Counted from the first letter of the whole stretch, positions 8,682 through 17,606 are shown. The stretch: DNA of 23,592 nt, filler included, from an uncultured virus (IMG/VR IMGVR_UViG_2049941000_000736) (15 parts of one record of this genome joined end to end with filler, not necessarily neighbours in it); one strand, 5' to 3'. Notes: a model not told the origin generated them from the sequence alone. Translations and numbers: made by a program.

Positions 8682-8909
8682 ACCCTCGTTCTGCACGAGT
8701 CCCGAGCCCGTAACGCCGAGCGTAAACGGGAACGTAAACGGCAGTCTGAACCCTCCGGCAAACGCAGTGAACTCAACCCGATACAATGTGGGGTCGTAGA
8801 AAAACGGCGAGAACGCCACGAGTTCAACGTTTACCTCAAACATCGTATCGCTATGATTTTTCACAACCTCAAACATCGTCTCGGTTCCCGACGGCACGCA
8901 CTGTATGTC
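8682..8909 (-). CDS. Distal tail protein (Dit) fragment
   Basis: ELVAFSPFFYD...GGFRLPFTFPFTLG...VQNEG motif. Confidence 0.8.
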
Positions 8910-9099
8910 NNNNNNNNNNNNNNNNNNNNNNNNNNNNNNNNNNNNNNNNNNNNNNNNNNNNNNNNNNNNNNNNNNNNNNNNNNNNNNNNNNNNNNNNNNN
9001 NNNNNNNNNNNNNNNNNNNNNNNNNNNNNNNNNNNNNNNNNNNNNNNNNNNNNNNNNNNNNNNNNNNNNNNNNNNNNNNNNNNNNNNNNNNNNNNNNNN

Positions 9100-9284
9100 C
9101 ACCTCCTGAACGATTCGTGATGCATCCTCGCCACTGCCGCCGACGTATGCGAGGGTTTTTGTGTCAATCTGCGACGACTGATAGTCAATCGTTTTCAGAT
9201 TGTTGAGCTCGAGTTTGAAAATTATGGGATTTATCGACTGCTCGGAGTGGTCGGTGCCGGAAATAACATCAAATACGAACGTTG
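9100..9284 (-). CDS. Gp37-like protein, second allele fragment
   Basis: Near-identical to 7165-7331 with mostly third-position changes. Confidence 0.85.
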
Positions 9285-9356
9285 NNNNNNNNNNNNNNNN
9301 NNNNNNNNNNNNNNNNNNNNNNNNNNNNNNNNNNNNNNNNNNNNNNNNNNNNNNNN

Positions 9357-9596
9357 CCGCTGTAACTGCGGAACGGTCGGTGCTGCTATGTCGAGTGAGA
9401 CGTGCTGGAACAACTCAAAATCCGTTCCGAGCATACTGTTTGCCGCCCTCGCGACGCTGTTGAGAGCGTCAATCACCATGTTGATCCCATTCTCGACCAC
9501 GTCCACGATGGAATTTACGACCTCGAAAATGAAATTTATGATCGACTGCGCCACGAACTGCAATCCGTCCATAATCGCATTCCAGCCCGCCTCGAG
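9357..9596 (-). CDS. Tape measure C-terminal fragment, allele of 10937-11176
   Basis: Almost the same protein sequence, mostly synonymous substitutions. Confidence 0.8.
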
Positions 9597-9606
9597 NNNN
9601 NNNNNN

Positions 9607-9866
9607 TCTCCGTCGGTTCCGGTTAAATTAGATGCTGTGCCATCGATTTTTTTGTTTAAATCCGTAGGATCTAAATAATACTGCCTCTCGGCATTTTTCA
9701 CGACACAGGGTCGGACATACTGCAATATGAGTGCCTCACGTTCCGAACGGGTCATTCCTGCCGCATCGTCCGTGAATGTGATCATACTCGCAGGGTCAGA
9801 CACACTCTGATCTACCGTGAATGTGTACACTGCCGCCTGCGGGATGTTGCCGGAAATCAGGACACT
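9607..9866 (-). CDS. Receptor-binding protein fragment, divergent allele of about 2615-2872
   Basis: YVRPCVVKNAERQYYLDPTDLNKKIDGTASNLTGTDG versus YVRPCVVKNATRVYYLDPTDLTKKADGTAADLTGIDG. Confidence 0.85.
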
Positions 9867-9966
9867 NNNNNNNNNNNNNNNNNNNNNNNNNNNNNNNNNN
9901 NNNNNNNNNNTTAATTAATTAANNNNNNNNNNNNNNNNNNNNNNNNNNNNNNNNNNNNNNNNNNNN

Positions 9967-10128
9967 GGCGAGAACGACGGGGTTGGCCAGAAGCGCCTTC
10001 AGCGAGTCTCCGACTTTCGCGACCGTGTTTTTGAACCCGTCCAGTCCGGCAGTCATGCTATCGAGTCCCTGCGAGAACCCGCTGCCGTCGAGGTCGAGGT
10101 TTGCCGTCAGTGTTCCGACCTCAACCAT
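9967..10128 (-). CDS. Tape measure protein N-terminus
   Basis: VGTLTANLDLDGSGFSQGL start pattern; GGAGGTG SD 5 nt before the ATG at 10128; follows the chaperone. Confidence 0.85.
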
Positions 10129-10489
10129 GTCTGCCACCTCCGCCGAACATGCTCCTGAACGCCTGATATAACTCGTCTGTTGTCATGTCCTGTTTTGCCT
10201 CCGTTTTTGTTAAATCCCCGTAAAAATCAGTCCAGCGCCAGACACGATCCGATTGTTTCGTGCGTCGGCTGTTGTAGATTGCCGCCGTCAGAGTTCCGTA
10301 TCGGATGTTGTTCTCCTGTATCCTCTGGCGTTCGCGCTCATACAGCCCCTCGAGGAGCGCCTGTAATTCTAACAGCGTGAGGTCGTCGATGATTCGCGGG
10401 TTTTCGATTAAACCCGTTTTGACGACCTCGATAATGTAATCCGTGATGCTCGGAGGGGGCTGCTGTTCCGAGCCGTTCAGTTTTTTCCC
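10121..10489 (-). CDS. Tail assembly chaperone, T part (expressed by -1 frameshift)
   Basis: Open -1 frame lacking its own ATG start, between the end of G and the tape measure gene. Confidence 0.8.
   Translation of the reverse strand, partial: GKKLNGSEQQPPPSITDYIIEVVKTGLIENPRIIDDLTLLELQALLEGLYERERQRIQENNIRYGTLTAAIYNSRRTKQSDRVWRWTDFYGDLTKTEAKQDMTTDELYQAFRSMFGGGGRHG
10480..10489 (-). promoter_or_regulatory. -1 ribosomal slippery site GGGAAAAAAC
   Basis: GCG GGA AAA AAC TGA ends the G frame (..TAGKN*); the -1 frame reads GKKLNGS. Confidence 0.85.
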
Positions 10490-10540
10490 GCAGTTTTCGG
10501 GAACAGTGCCGGTAACACCTGATTGACAATNNNNNNNNNN

Positions 10541-11719
10541 GAGAACCACCACGACGAGAAATCCAGCAATGCGCTGAGAATGCTCTCGATGACAGATCCG
10601 GCGGCAGCTCCGACGAGCGTCATCTGCCTACCGAATCTATCCATTTTGTCGCCGAAATCCTCTGTTCTTTCGGCAAATTCGTTGATTGCTCCCGATGATC
10701 CCTCTATGGACTCTGTCAGATCGTCAAATCCGCCTCTGCGAATGAGATCTATCATCTCGGTTGCCTGTTTACCGAACGCTCCGTTCGATAAAATAAGCGC
10801 CTCTTCCGCTGTTGCCGCCGATTTGATTTTTTCGATCAGCTCATCGAATGCCTCACGACTCGTTACGCCGGAGTTTATGAGCATACGCAATCCTGTATTT
10901 ACATCGCTGAATCCCTCACGGTTCATNNNNNNNNNNACGCTGTAACTGCGGAACGGTCGGTGCCGCTATGTCGAGCGATACATGCTGGAACAACTCAAAA
11001 TCCGTTCCGAGCATGGAATTTGCCGCTCTTGCAACGCTGTTGAGAGCGTCGATCACCATGTTAATTCCGTTCTCGACCACGTCCACGATGGAGTTTACGA
11101 CCTCAAATATGAAGTTGATGATCGATTGCGCCACGAACTGCAATCCGTCCATAATCGCATTCCAGCCCGCCTCGAGNNNNNNNNNNNNNNNNNNNNNNNN
11201 NNNNNNNNTCGTCAATGCCGATGCCCGTATCCTGCGACAGTGTGTAGAAATAATCAAGGTATTTTCCCATATCCTCGGTATCTACACCCCAGCGGTTGAA
11301 CGCCTGTGCGAGTGAGTCAACAGATACATCAAATCCCATGCCCTGGAGGTTTGAGATCTGTGTGGCCAGAGTCTCCAGCGTATCTCCGGTCACGTCCAGA
11401 TATGTGTTCAGGTCGCTGATGGTTTCCGCGAGCGTTTCTGCGTCGGTGACATAGGTTGCGTTGGAGAAAACATTGTCAAACGACTGTTTCAGCCCGTCGA
11501 GAGATTCACCCATTGCCCCCGTGCTCGTCTCGATTTTGTCGTATGCCGCGTCAATCTCGACGAACGCANNNNNNNNNNCACATCGACACCGAGGACGACT
11601 GCGTCCACGAGGAGATCGATAAATCCGATGATGTTGTCTATCGCCGATTTGCTGGTTTCCTCGCCCTCGCCCCAGAATTTGGCGAACGTTTCTCCGATGC
11701 GCTCAAACAGTTTAACGAA
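10541..11719 (-). CDS. Tape measure protein fragments (10541-10926, 10937-11176, 11209-11568, 11579-11719), out of order
   Basis: Helical amphipathic sequence; phage minor-tail core AYDKIETSTGAMGESLDGL...FNRWGV. Confidence 0.8.
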
Positions 11720-11842
11720 NNNNNNNNNNNNNNNNNNNNNNNNNNNNNNNNNNNNNNNNNNNNTTAATTAATTAANNNNNNNNNNNNNNNNNNNNNNNNN
11801 NNNNNNNNNNNNNNNNNNNGCTATTTTCGAGAGTGATTTTCC

Positions 11843-11997
11843 ATGAGCAAACGCGAATTAAACCGACTTAAAAAACTGATTGTTGACGAATTTGAGTTCA
11901 TCCGCGAGAAAAACAACAGCGGAACCACACTGTGGGGCGAGCTCAACGACCTGCGGGATGATATTAATCAGGAACTCGACTGGGCAACATTGAAACG
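11843..11997 (+). CDS. Hypothetical protein, 5' fragment
   Basis: GAGTGA SD-like sequence, ATG, open to the gap. Confidence 0.5.
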
Positions 11998-12007
11998 NNN
12001 NNNNNNN

Positions 12008-12235
12008 AAGCGTGATTTGTTCCATGATAGTGTCAAACTGCGCCTGTGTCACGGGAGTGCCGTCAGGGTGTCTGAGTCCGCGTCTGATGATGATCGACAT
12101 ATCCGAGATGCTCACATCATGTCCGAGCGTGGTTAAAGATTTTTTCAGCTCGCGCTCGATTGATGCCAGAACCGACATCGGATACCTCGCGGCATACTGC
12201 TCACCGGCAATCTCGACGATGATTTCAGGGATCAT
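12008..12235 (-). CDS. Tail assembly chaperone G, N-terminal part (C-terminus at 10477-10530)
   Basis: Directly follows the tail tube gene; EIAGEQYAARYPMSVLASIE pattern. Confidence 0.8.
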
Positions 12236-12249
12236 TTTCTATCCCTCGT

Positions 12250-12651
12250 TTATGCCCATGTCGGAGCCGTCGAACCGTCCAGCGTGAGTTTGACGGTGTA
12301 TTTTACGATGTCGCCGTTTGCCGCGTCAACCGTGATGCCGGACACAAACGCACTGAACGTCAGGGTTTCCGAGGTTGTGTATGGGAATGTGACGACGACC
12401 GTTTGTGAGGTGCCTGCATCCATCAGCGCATACAGTCCGCTGATCTCGGTTTTGTCATACTGAATAGTCAGATCGATAGTTCCGAGGTCGACGAGTCCGC
12501 CGATTTTTGTTTTTACGTTGCTCGTGCCGTGCGCTGTGGTTTCGATTTCCTCAGCGCTCATTGCCAGACTGCCGATGCTCAGCAGTGCCGCCGGAGTCGT
12601 TGTGCCGATTGCGACTGTGACTCCGTGTGATGCGAGTGGTGTTGATGCCAT
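12250..12651 (-). CDS. Major tail tube protein
   Basis: AEEIETTAHG...KIGGLVDLGTI...LTFSAFVSG; GGAGGT SD; synteny. Confidence 0.9.
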   Translation of the reverse strand: MASTPLASHGVTVAIGTTTPAALLSIGSLAMSAEEIETTAHGTSNVKTKIGGLVDLGTIDLTIQYDKTEISGLYALMDAGTSQTVVVTFPYTTSETLTFSAFVSGITVDAANGDIVKYTVKLTLDGSTAPTWA

Positions 12652-12779
12652 TTTAATTACCTCCGTGTTCTCGCCGTGAAATTCAGCGAGTATTCGTTTG
12701 TCTCGCCNNNNNNNNNNNNNNNNNNNNNNNNNNNNNNNNNNNNNNNNNNNNNNNNNNNNNNNNNNNNNNNNNNNNNNNN

Positions 12780-12992
12780 GTGCTGATGCGTTTTCGGGTC
12801 GTGTTCGGGTCCTGAAACATACGCCCGTTTACGGAGTTCTCCGATCCGAACCGGTGTGAGTGCGACCGAATCCGCCTCGATTTCTCCGGCAAACCGCGCC
12901 ATTGCCTCTGCAATGGTTTTCGTGATTTTCTCGTCCTCGATTTTGAACTGAGCTGCGAGCCGCTCGGTTCCGTGCAGTTTGAGGTCGATCAT
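12780..12992 (-). CDS. HK97 gp10-like tail-completion protein, 5' part (C-terminus IREELNK* probably at 8078-8102)
   Basis: SVALTPVRIGELRKRA resembles the PVxTGxLRxS motif; synteny. Confidence 0.8.
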
Positions 12993-13297
12993 ATCATCAC
13001 CTCACTGTGAGAGTAAGCGCCTCTGCCGTCGTAGAGGTTGTGCACGGCAAGGCATGTTCGGGCTGTGCCGTCCGGCAGGATGATTTTATCCTGCGGATGC
13101 ACAAATCCCGCGCCGCTGAGGAACACCGTTGCCGTGCTCGTGACCTCCTCGCCGGTTGCCGTGAGGATACGTTTTGTGATGTAATCGATGCGGCACGGGT
13201 ATTCAACCGCGGTTGCATACGTCGCATCACCGTCAATATCGCTCTGGTAAACGGCGACCTGAACGGTCTGATGATAGAGCGCGGCAACGGACGTCAT
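12989..13297 (-). CDS. Head closure / head-tail joining protein
   Basis: YPCRI...GEEVTSTATVFL...DKIILPDG; GGAGG SD and TGATG overlap at 13297. Confidence 0.8.
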   Translation of the reverse strand: MTSVAALYHQTVQVAVYQSDIDGDATYATAVEYPCRIDYITKRILTATGEEVTSTATVFLSGAGFVHPQDKIILPDGTARTCLAVHNLYDGRGAYSHSEVMI

Positions 13298-13509
13298 CAG
13301 AGCAGCCTCCCGAAAACCTCCGTCAGGAGACATCCGACGATGCCTGCGCCGATGGCGACGAGCGCTATCAGCGTGTTGTCACGCCCCCTGTTCATGTTCG
13401 CGTTCTCCTCCAGAACCGACACTCTCGCCTGTAGGTCGGATAACACGTCCAGTTTCGTTTCGATACGTGCGAGCCGATCTACAATCTCAAAATCCCGCTC
13501 ATATTCCAT
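13297..13509 (-). CDS. XhlA/holin-like coiled-coil plus single-TM protein
   Basis: DRLARIETKLD coiled coil followed by hydrophobic LIALVAIGAGIVGCLL. Confidence 0.65.
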   Translation of the reverse strand: MEYERDFEIVDRLARIETKLDVLSDLQARVSVLEENANMNRGRDNTLIALVAIGAGIVGCLLTEVFGRLL

Positions 13510-13921
13510 CCGCATCACCCCTGTAACCGTCGAGAGAGAGATCATCTGCGAGTTGTGCGTCGCAGTGTTTGACGACCGCCGAGATGCCCGCGAACGTTTG
13601 CGGCGCGATGTCCGAGATGAATTGTCTGTATTGCGCATAGTAAATGTCGGTCCCTGCGGCTGTCGTGCTGAACGATGCCGACCACTGCCCGAGATGCTCC
13701 GATGTGATTCCGGTTTTGCCGTCGTGGCTCGCCATGAGATGCGCTATCCAGTAGCATTGCGCAGTTTGTGCCTGCGTTTCGGTCAATCTCGGCGCGTCGT
13801 TCTGTTGCTGTTCGACCGCGAGGGCGTAATATTTCGCCCCTGCGGTGTCGTCTGTGATGCTGTATGGGGTTATGAGCGGCAAAAGGGCTTTTACCGCGGC
13901 ATAACCTGTTGCATCCGGCAT
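13499..13921 (-). CDS. Head-tail adaptor protein
   Basis: YWIAHL...ITSEHLGQWSASF...YYAQY; follows the capsid gene; GAGGAGG SD. Confidence 0.75.
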   Translation of the reverse strand: MPDATGYAAVKALLPLITPYSITDDTAGAKYYALAVEQQQNDAPRLTETQAQTAQCYWIAHLMASHDGKTGITSEHLGQWSASFSTTAAGTDIYYAQYRQFISDIAPQTFAGISAVVKHCDAQLADDLSLDGYRGDADGI

Positions 13922-13938
13922 GATAGTTGCCTCCTCGT

Positions 13939-14805
13939 CTATGAGGTTGTCCACGTGGTCTCTACAACGCCCTGGTTGAGGTTGGCGGACGTCTGTTTGA
14001 GGTTTGCCCTCGCCGCAGACCAGCTCGAGATCTTGAACAGGTCTAATCCGTTCTTGATTTCTCTGCCGAACTCCGTTTTAACCTGACCCGGGAACCACGC
14101 GACGCCCGGAACTTCGTTGCTGACGAAATAAATCGAGTCCGCATCGACGGTCTCGACGGCTGCACTGCCGAAGACCGGAATGTTGAGTCCGGGGATAACG
14201 TCACCGGTTGCCGGTGCGCCCGGGGTTGCTCCGCCGTAGACGACTTTGTTTAAGTTGTTCATAATTTCCACTTTTGCCTGTCTCGAACAGACAATTGCCG
14301 TGATTCCTGCGCCGTCGGGCATTTTGCTTTCTGCCTCGGCGATTGCGTTGTAAATCGACGTGCTGCGGATGTTGAACGATGTTCCCGTCTGTGGGGTCGT
14401 ATCGAGCGCACGAGCAATTTTTTTGTTGATGATTGCCGACAGTCTGTCGGATGCATCCTGCTGAATGATGCTGATTATGTCGTATCCTGACGACTGCGAG
14501 CGAATACGCGCCTCGTCAGTAATTGCGACGTTCACAACATCTTTGCTCAGCGGCACGGAAAGGCTCGAGAACTCCGGCGTCTCGATTGCGACCGCCTGTC
14601 CCTCGGGAACGCCCTCCTCAACCGCGGTTGCGGACATGAATCCCAGTTTGTATTCGAGATCTCCGCCGGTGAACGTGCGAACAATCGCCGGATTGTTGAG
14701 AATTGCGCGTTCCACGCTCGCTTTTAAAATATCTGCCGCGAGTGACGATCTGAGAATGCCTCCATTGATCAGATCATCGAGTGTCATAATTCCGTTGTTT
14801 GCCAT
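13939..14805 (-). CDS. Major capsid protein (HK97 fold)
   Basis: 288 aa, VPEGQAV, ITDEA..., upstream of the head-tail and tail genes; GGAGGG SD. Confidence 0.85.
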   Translation of the reverse strand: MANNGIMTLDDLINGGILRSSLAADILKASVERAILNNPAIVRTFTGGDLEYKLGFMSATAVEEGVPEGQAVAIETPEFSSLSVPLSKDVVNVAITDEARIRSQSSGYDIISIIQQDASDRLSAIINKKIARALDTTPQTGTSFNIRSTSIYNAIAEAESKMPDGAGITAIVCSRQAKVEIMNNLNKVVYGGATPGAPATGDVIPGLNIPVFGSAAVETVDADSIYFVSNEVPGVAWFPGQVKTEFGREIKNGLDLFKISSWSAARANLKQTSANLNQGVVETTWTTS

Positions 14806-15004
14806 TTTTCATACCCTCCAATTTATGTGTTAGTATCCAGCGATACCGACTGTANNNNNNNNNNNNNNNNNNNNNNNNNNNNNNNNNNNNNNNNNNNNTT
14901 AATTAATTAANNNNNNNNNNNNNNNNNNNNNNNNNNNNNNNNNNNNNNNNNNNNCCGCTATCATTGAGGCGGTCGGCAAGAGGCTTCAGGAGGTGGCAAA
15001 CTAA

Positions 15005-15352
15005 ATGACGAGATTAACCAGAGAACAGGAACAGGCACACGACAGACTCGATGAACTCGCAAAACTCATAAAGTTCTGGGACACGCAGGACGCATTTGAA
15101 CTCTGCGGCTATCTCAATGAGTTCTACTCAATATGCAACGATTTCAGCATTTTCTGCAACGGTCTGAACACCGATGAGGAGATGGTTCGCAGACGCATAG
15201 ATATTGCGAACCTCCCGTGCGCCGATGTCGACATCGATACCGACTGGTCAGGAATCATCACGGCTGATGTTCGCGGATACGTCATATACGCCACCCAGAC
15301 GAGCTGGGAGGTTGAGGAGTTCGACCCCGAGAGAGATTACCTCTCGGCGTAA
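15005..15352 (+). CDS. Hypothetical acidic protein (allele of 17607-17896)
   Basis: GGAGGTG SD; complete ORF; conserved between alleles. Confidence 0.8.
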   Translation: MTRLTREQEQAHDRLDELAKLIKFWDTQDAFELCGYLNEFYSICNDFSIFCNGLNTDEEMVRRRIDIANLPCADVDIDTDWSGIITADVRGYVIYATQTSWEVEEFDPERDYLSA

Positions 15353-15368
15353 TTTTTAGGTGATTTAA

Positions 15369-15468
15369 ATGTCAAAAATCGCATTAATTCAGCGCAACAT
15401 TTGTGTATTGGGTGTCGGTGATGACGAGGAATCCGCATGGAACAACGCGGTTCACAACCTGACCGACG
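15369..15468 (+). CDS. Hypothetical protein, 5' fragment (MSKIALIQRNICVLG...)
   Basis: AGGTGA SD 5 nt before the ATG. Confidence 0.55.
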
Positions 15469-15478
15469 NNNNNNNNNN

Positions 15479-15771
15479 AAGCACCTCGACGACGAGCTGA
15501 AGAATCTCTCATACGATGAGTTCTGTCAGCGCCGCTGGGAATACAACGAAAACCACGTGTCACTGTGTTTTGGCAGCATACCTGACGCGGTTGCCGCATA
15601 TCTGAACAATACGGGTAATGGATGCGGGGAAATAGGTTTCGCGCTCAAACTCAACACACAGGATTCGTTCATAGATCACGGCATGAAATTTGGTTTCCCG
15701 CTCGGTCAAACGTGCTCCCAGAGTTACACGATGACTCAGTTAACATACATCATCCGCGATAGAATCGGTAA
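15479..15771 (+). CDS. Hypothetical protein fragment
   Basis: Open frame KHLDDELKNL...IRDRIG across the whole contig. Confidence 0.5.
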
Positions 15772-15781
15772 NNNNNNNNNN

Positions 15782-15987
15782 ACTGGACTGTTCAATTTCC
15801 GCAAAAGCCGCAACCGAAGACATATTACAAGAATCACTACGCGGTTTACTACCATGATTCATGCAGATACAAAGGTCTTAAAAAATGGCAGGCACGCTCC
15901 CGAACGTTCCCGGGCATCGCTCGCGCAATGGCTGTGCAGTGGGGTTCGGACTGCTCACAGTATTTCTATGAAAAATATGAAAAATGA
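15782..15987 (+). CDS. Phage DNA cytosine methyltransferase C-terminus, allele 1
   Basis: Frame not in the ORF track reads ...KKWQARSRTFPGIARAMAVQWG...YEK*. Confidence 0.85.
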
Positions 15988-15996
15988 TCTTTTTTA
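15988..15996 (+). terminator. T-tract terminator candidate after the methylase (also 17094-17102)
   Basis: T6/T7 run right after the stop, meeting a convergent ORF end (..NYEQYLRNRG*). Confidence 0.4.
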
Positions 15997-16049
15997 TCCC
16001 CGATTTCTCAGGTATTGTTCGTAGTTCAGAACGTCGCCGNNNNNNNNNN

Positions 16050-16403
16050 CCACGGATACGAGGCGGCATACAAATTCATGATGGAGTTCGACGAGGACAG
16101 GTTCTACGAGGAACGCCGCAGGAAAAACGCGACAAAGCGGGTTTCCGAGGAGGAATACATCTCCAGAGGCAAATATGCCGAGAATGCGCTTGCCGCCGTG
16201 TGCGAGCGCTGCGGCATCGCTCCCGATGCGTTCCGCGGCATCAGGTATCACGACGTGCCGGAGGATTTCATCAACGAGGAGTATTCCGGCACACGGTATC
16301 TCGGAGTTTACCTGCACGTTCCGCGCGAGGTTGTCGAGNNNNNNNNNNTGAATGCGAGAAAAACAAGCTCCGACATATCGTCGAGAGCGTAAAAAGCGCG
16401 TGA
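16050..16403 (+). CDS. Hypothetical protein upstream of the methylase (fragmented)
   Basis: Open frame HGYEAAYKF...REVVE; end ECEKNKLRHIVESVKSA*, also present at 16604-16658. Confidence 0.55.
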   Translation, partial: PRIRGGIQIHDGVRRGQVLRGTPQEKRDKAGFRGGIHLQRQICRECACRRVRALRHRSRCVPRHQVSRRAGGFHQRGVFRHTVSRSLPARSARGCRXXXXECEKNKLRHIVESVKSA

Positions 16404-16404
16404 C

Positions 16405-16593
16405 ATGAAAGTCCTTATAGCCTGTGAGTTCTCCGGCGTAGTCCGTGACGAATTTCTAAAGCTGGGGCATGATGCGGTATCCTGCGATCTGCTGCCGTCC
16501 GAGTCTGACAGAGGCAGGCATATTCAGGGGGGATGTTCGCGACGTCATTAAGTCTGAACGATGGCACCTGATGATTGCTCACCCGCCGTGCAC
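16405..16593 (+). CDS. Phage DNA cytosine methyltransferase N-terminus, one allele
   Basis: MKVLIACEFSGVVRDEF...HDAVSCDLLP...MIAHPPC. Confidence 0.85.
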
Positions 16594-16659
16594 NNNNNNN
16601 NNNCGAATGCGAGAAAAACAAGCTCCGACATATCGTCGAGAGTGTAAAAAGCGCGTGAT

Positions 16660-16936
16660 ATGAAAGTCCTTATTGCGTGTGAGTTCTCCGGCGTAGTCCG
16701 TGACGAGTTCCTGAGATTAGGACATGATGCGGTATCCTGCGATCTGCTTCCGTCCGAGTCTGGCAGAGGCAGACACATCCAGGGCGATGTCCTCGACGTG
16801 ATACGCGCGGAAAAGTGGGATCTCATGATCGCGCATCCGCCGTGCACGTATTTGAGCGTTGTCGGGAACAAATGGCTCAAAAATAACCCCGAGAGAGAGA
16901 GAGAGAGAAAGCGTTTAATTTCGCTATGAGGCTGTA
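16660..16936 (+). CDS. Phage DNA cytosine methyltransferase N-terminus, other allele, frameshifted in a (GA)9 tract
   Basis: ACEFSG SAM-binding-like motif and catalytic HPPCTYL; continuation KAFNFAMRL lies in another frame. Confidence 0.85.
16891..16908 (+). repeat. (GA)9 simple sequence repeat
   Basis: Directly visible. Confidence 0.95.
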
Positions 16937-16946
16937 NNNNNNNNNN

Positions 16947-17093
16947 GTCTATTTTACCGAGTCCTGTATTCGTTACGGGGATTCGGATAGATGGAAAGTC
17001 CGCTCAAAAACATTCCCGGGCATCGCTCGCGCAATGGCTGTGCAGTGGGGTTCGGACTGTTCGCAGTATTTTTATGAAAAATATGAAAAATGA
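16947..17093 (+). CDS. Phage DNA cytosine methyltransferase C-terminus, allele 2
   Basis: ...DRWKVRSKTFPGIARAMAVQWG...YEK*. Confidence 0.85.
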   Translation, partial: VYFTESCIRYGDSDRWKVRSKTFPGIARAMAVQWGSDCSQYFYEKYEK

Positions 17094-17217
17094 TCTTTTT
17101 TTATCCCCGATTTCTCAGGTATTGTTCGTAGTTCAGAACGTCGCCGNNNNNNNNNNTATGGAATTACACACGGTTAGAAGTTTTTCAGTGTCCGGTCTGT
17201 GTCTGTCGTATGTATTT

Positions 17218-17246
17218 TGTATATAAAAAACATAATTTTATATACA
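17218..17246. promoter_or_regulatory. Back-to-back archaeal-type TATA boxes forming an 11-bp inverted repeat
   Basis: TGTATATAAAA-N7-TTTTATATACA; TTTATATA at 17237-17244 precedes a GAGGT SD and the ATG at 17292. Confidence 0.65.
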
Positions 17247-17291
17247 TAAACGTTGATTATTATATGTGCACAACAGCACGAGGTTAGAAAC

Positions 17292-17606
17292 ATGACAACA
17301 GAAAACGCAAACTACAGGGAACGGATTGGAAAGGCATGGACGGCACGCGACGGCAGTATCAGATACTACGTCAACGATTGGCAGGATATGATCGGATTGG
17401 AGGTCAATCACTACAATACAGGCAACGTCAGCAGCGTATTTTTCAACGATTGCCGGATGAGCAACAACCACTACAACAAATAAATCTCCCGCACCAGGGT
17501 GTGGATTGACGAGAACGACGGAGTCCACGTTGATTATTGTGAGGACGACGAGATTGAGTCCGCTATCATCGAGGCGGTCGGCAAGAAGCTTCAGGAGGTG
17601 GCATAA
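17292..17606 (+). pseudogene. Hypothetical early protein with an in-frame TAA at 17481-17483
   Basis: Frame stays open after the TAA up to TAA-ATG at 17604-17609; the tail is conserved in the other allele (14955-15004). Confidence 0.55.

Noticed and set aside
7811..9206. Large ORFs spanning long N runs
   Set aside because: Mostly undefined sequence; only the flanking fragments are interpretable
13007..14086. Long plus-strand ORF of 359 aa (and 3776-4459)
   Set aside because: Antisense shadows of well-supported structural genes, with no recognisable motifs
16349..16850. Tandem duplication of the methylase gene
   Set aside because: Copies are on separate gap-bounded contigs, like the other allele pairs
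17455..17483. AAC-rich stretch as a DGR template repeat
   Set aside because: Short, lies within a coding frame, and has no partner sequence in the window
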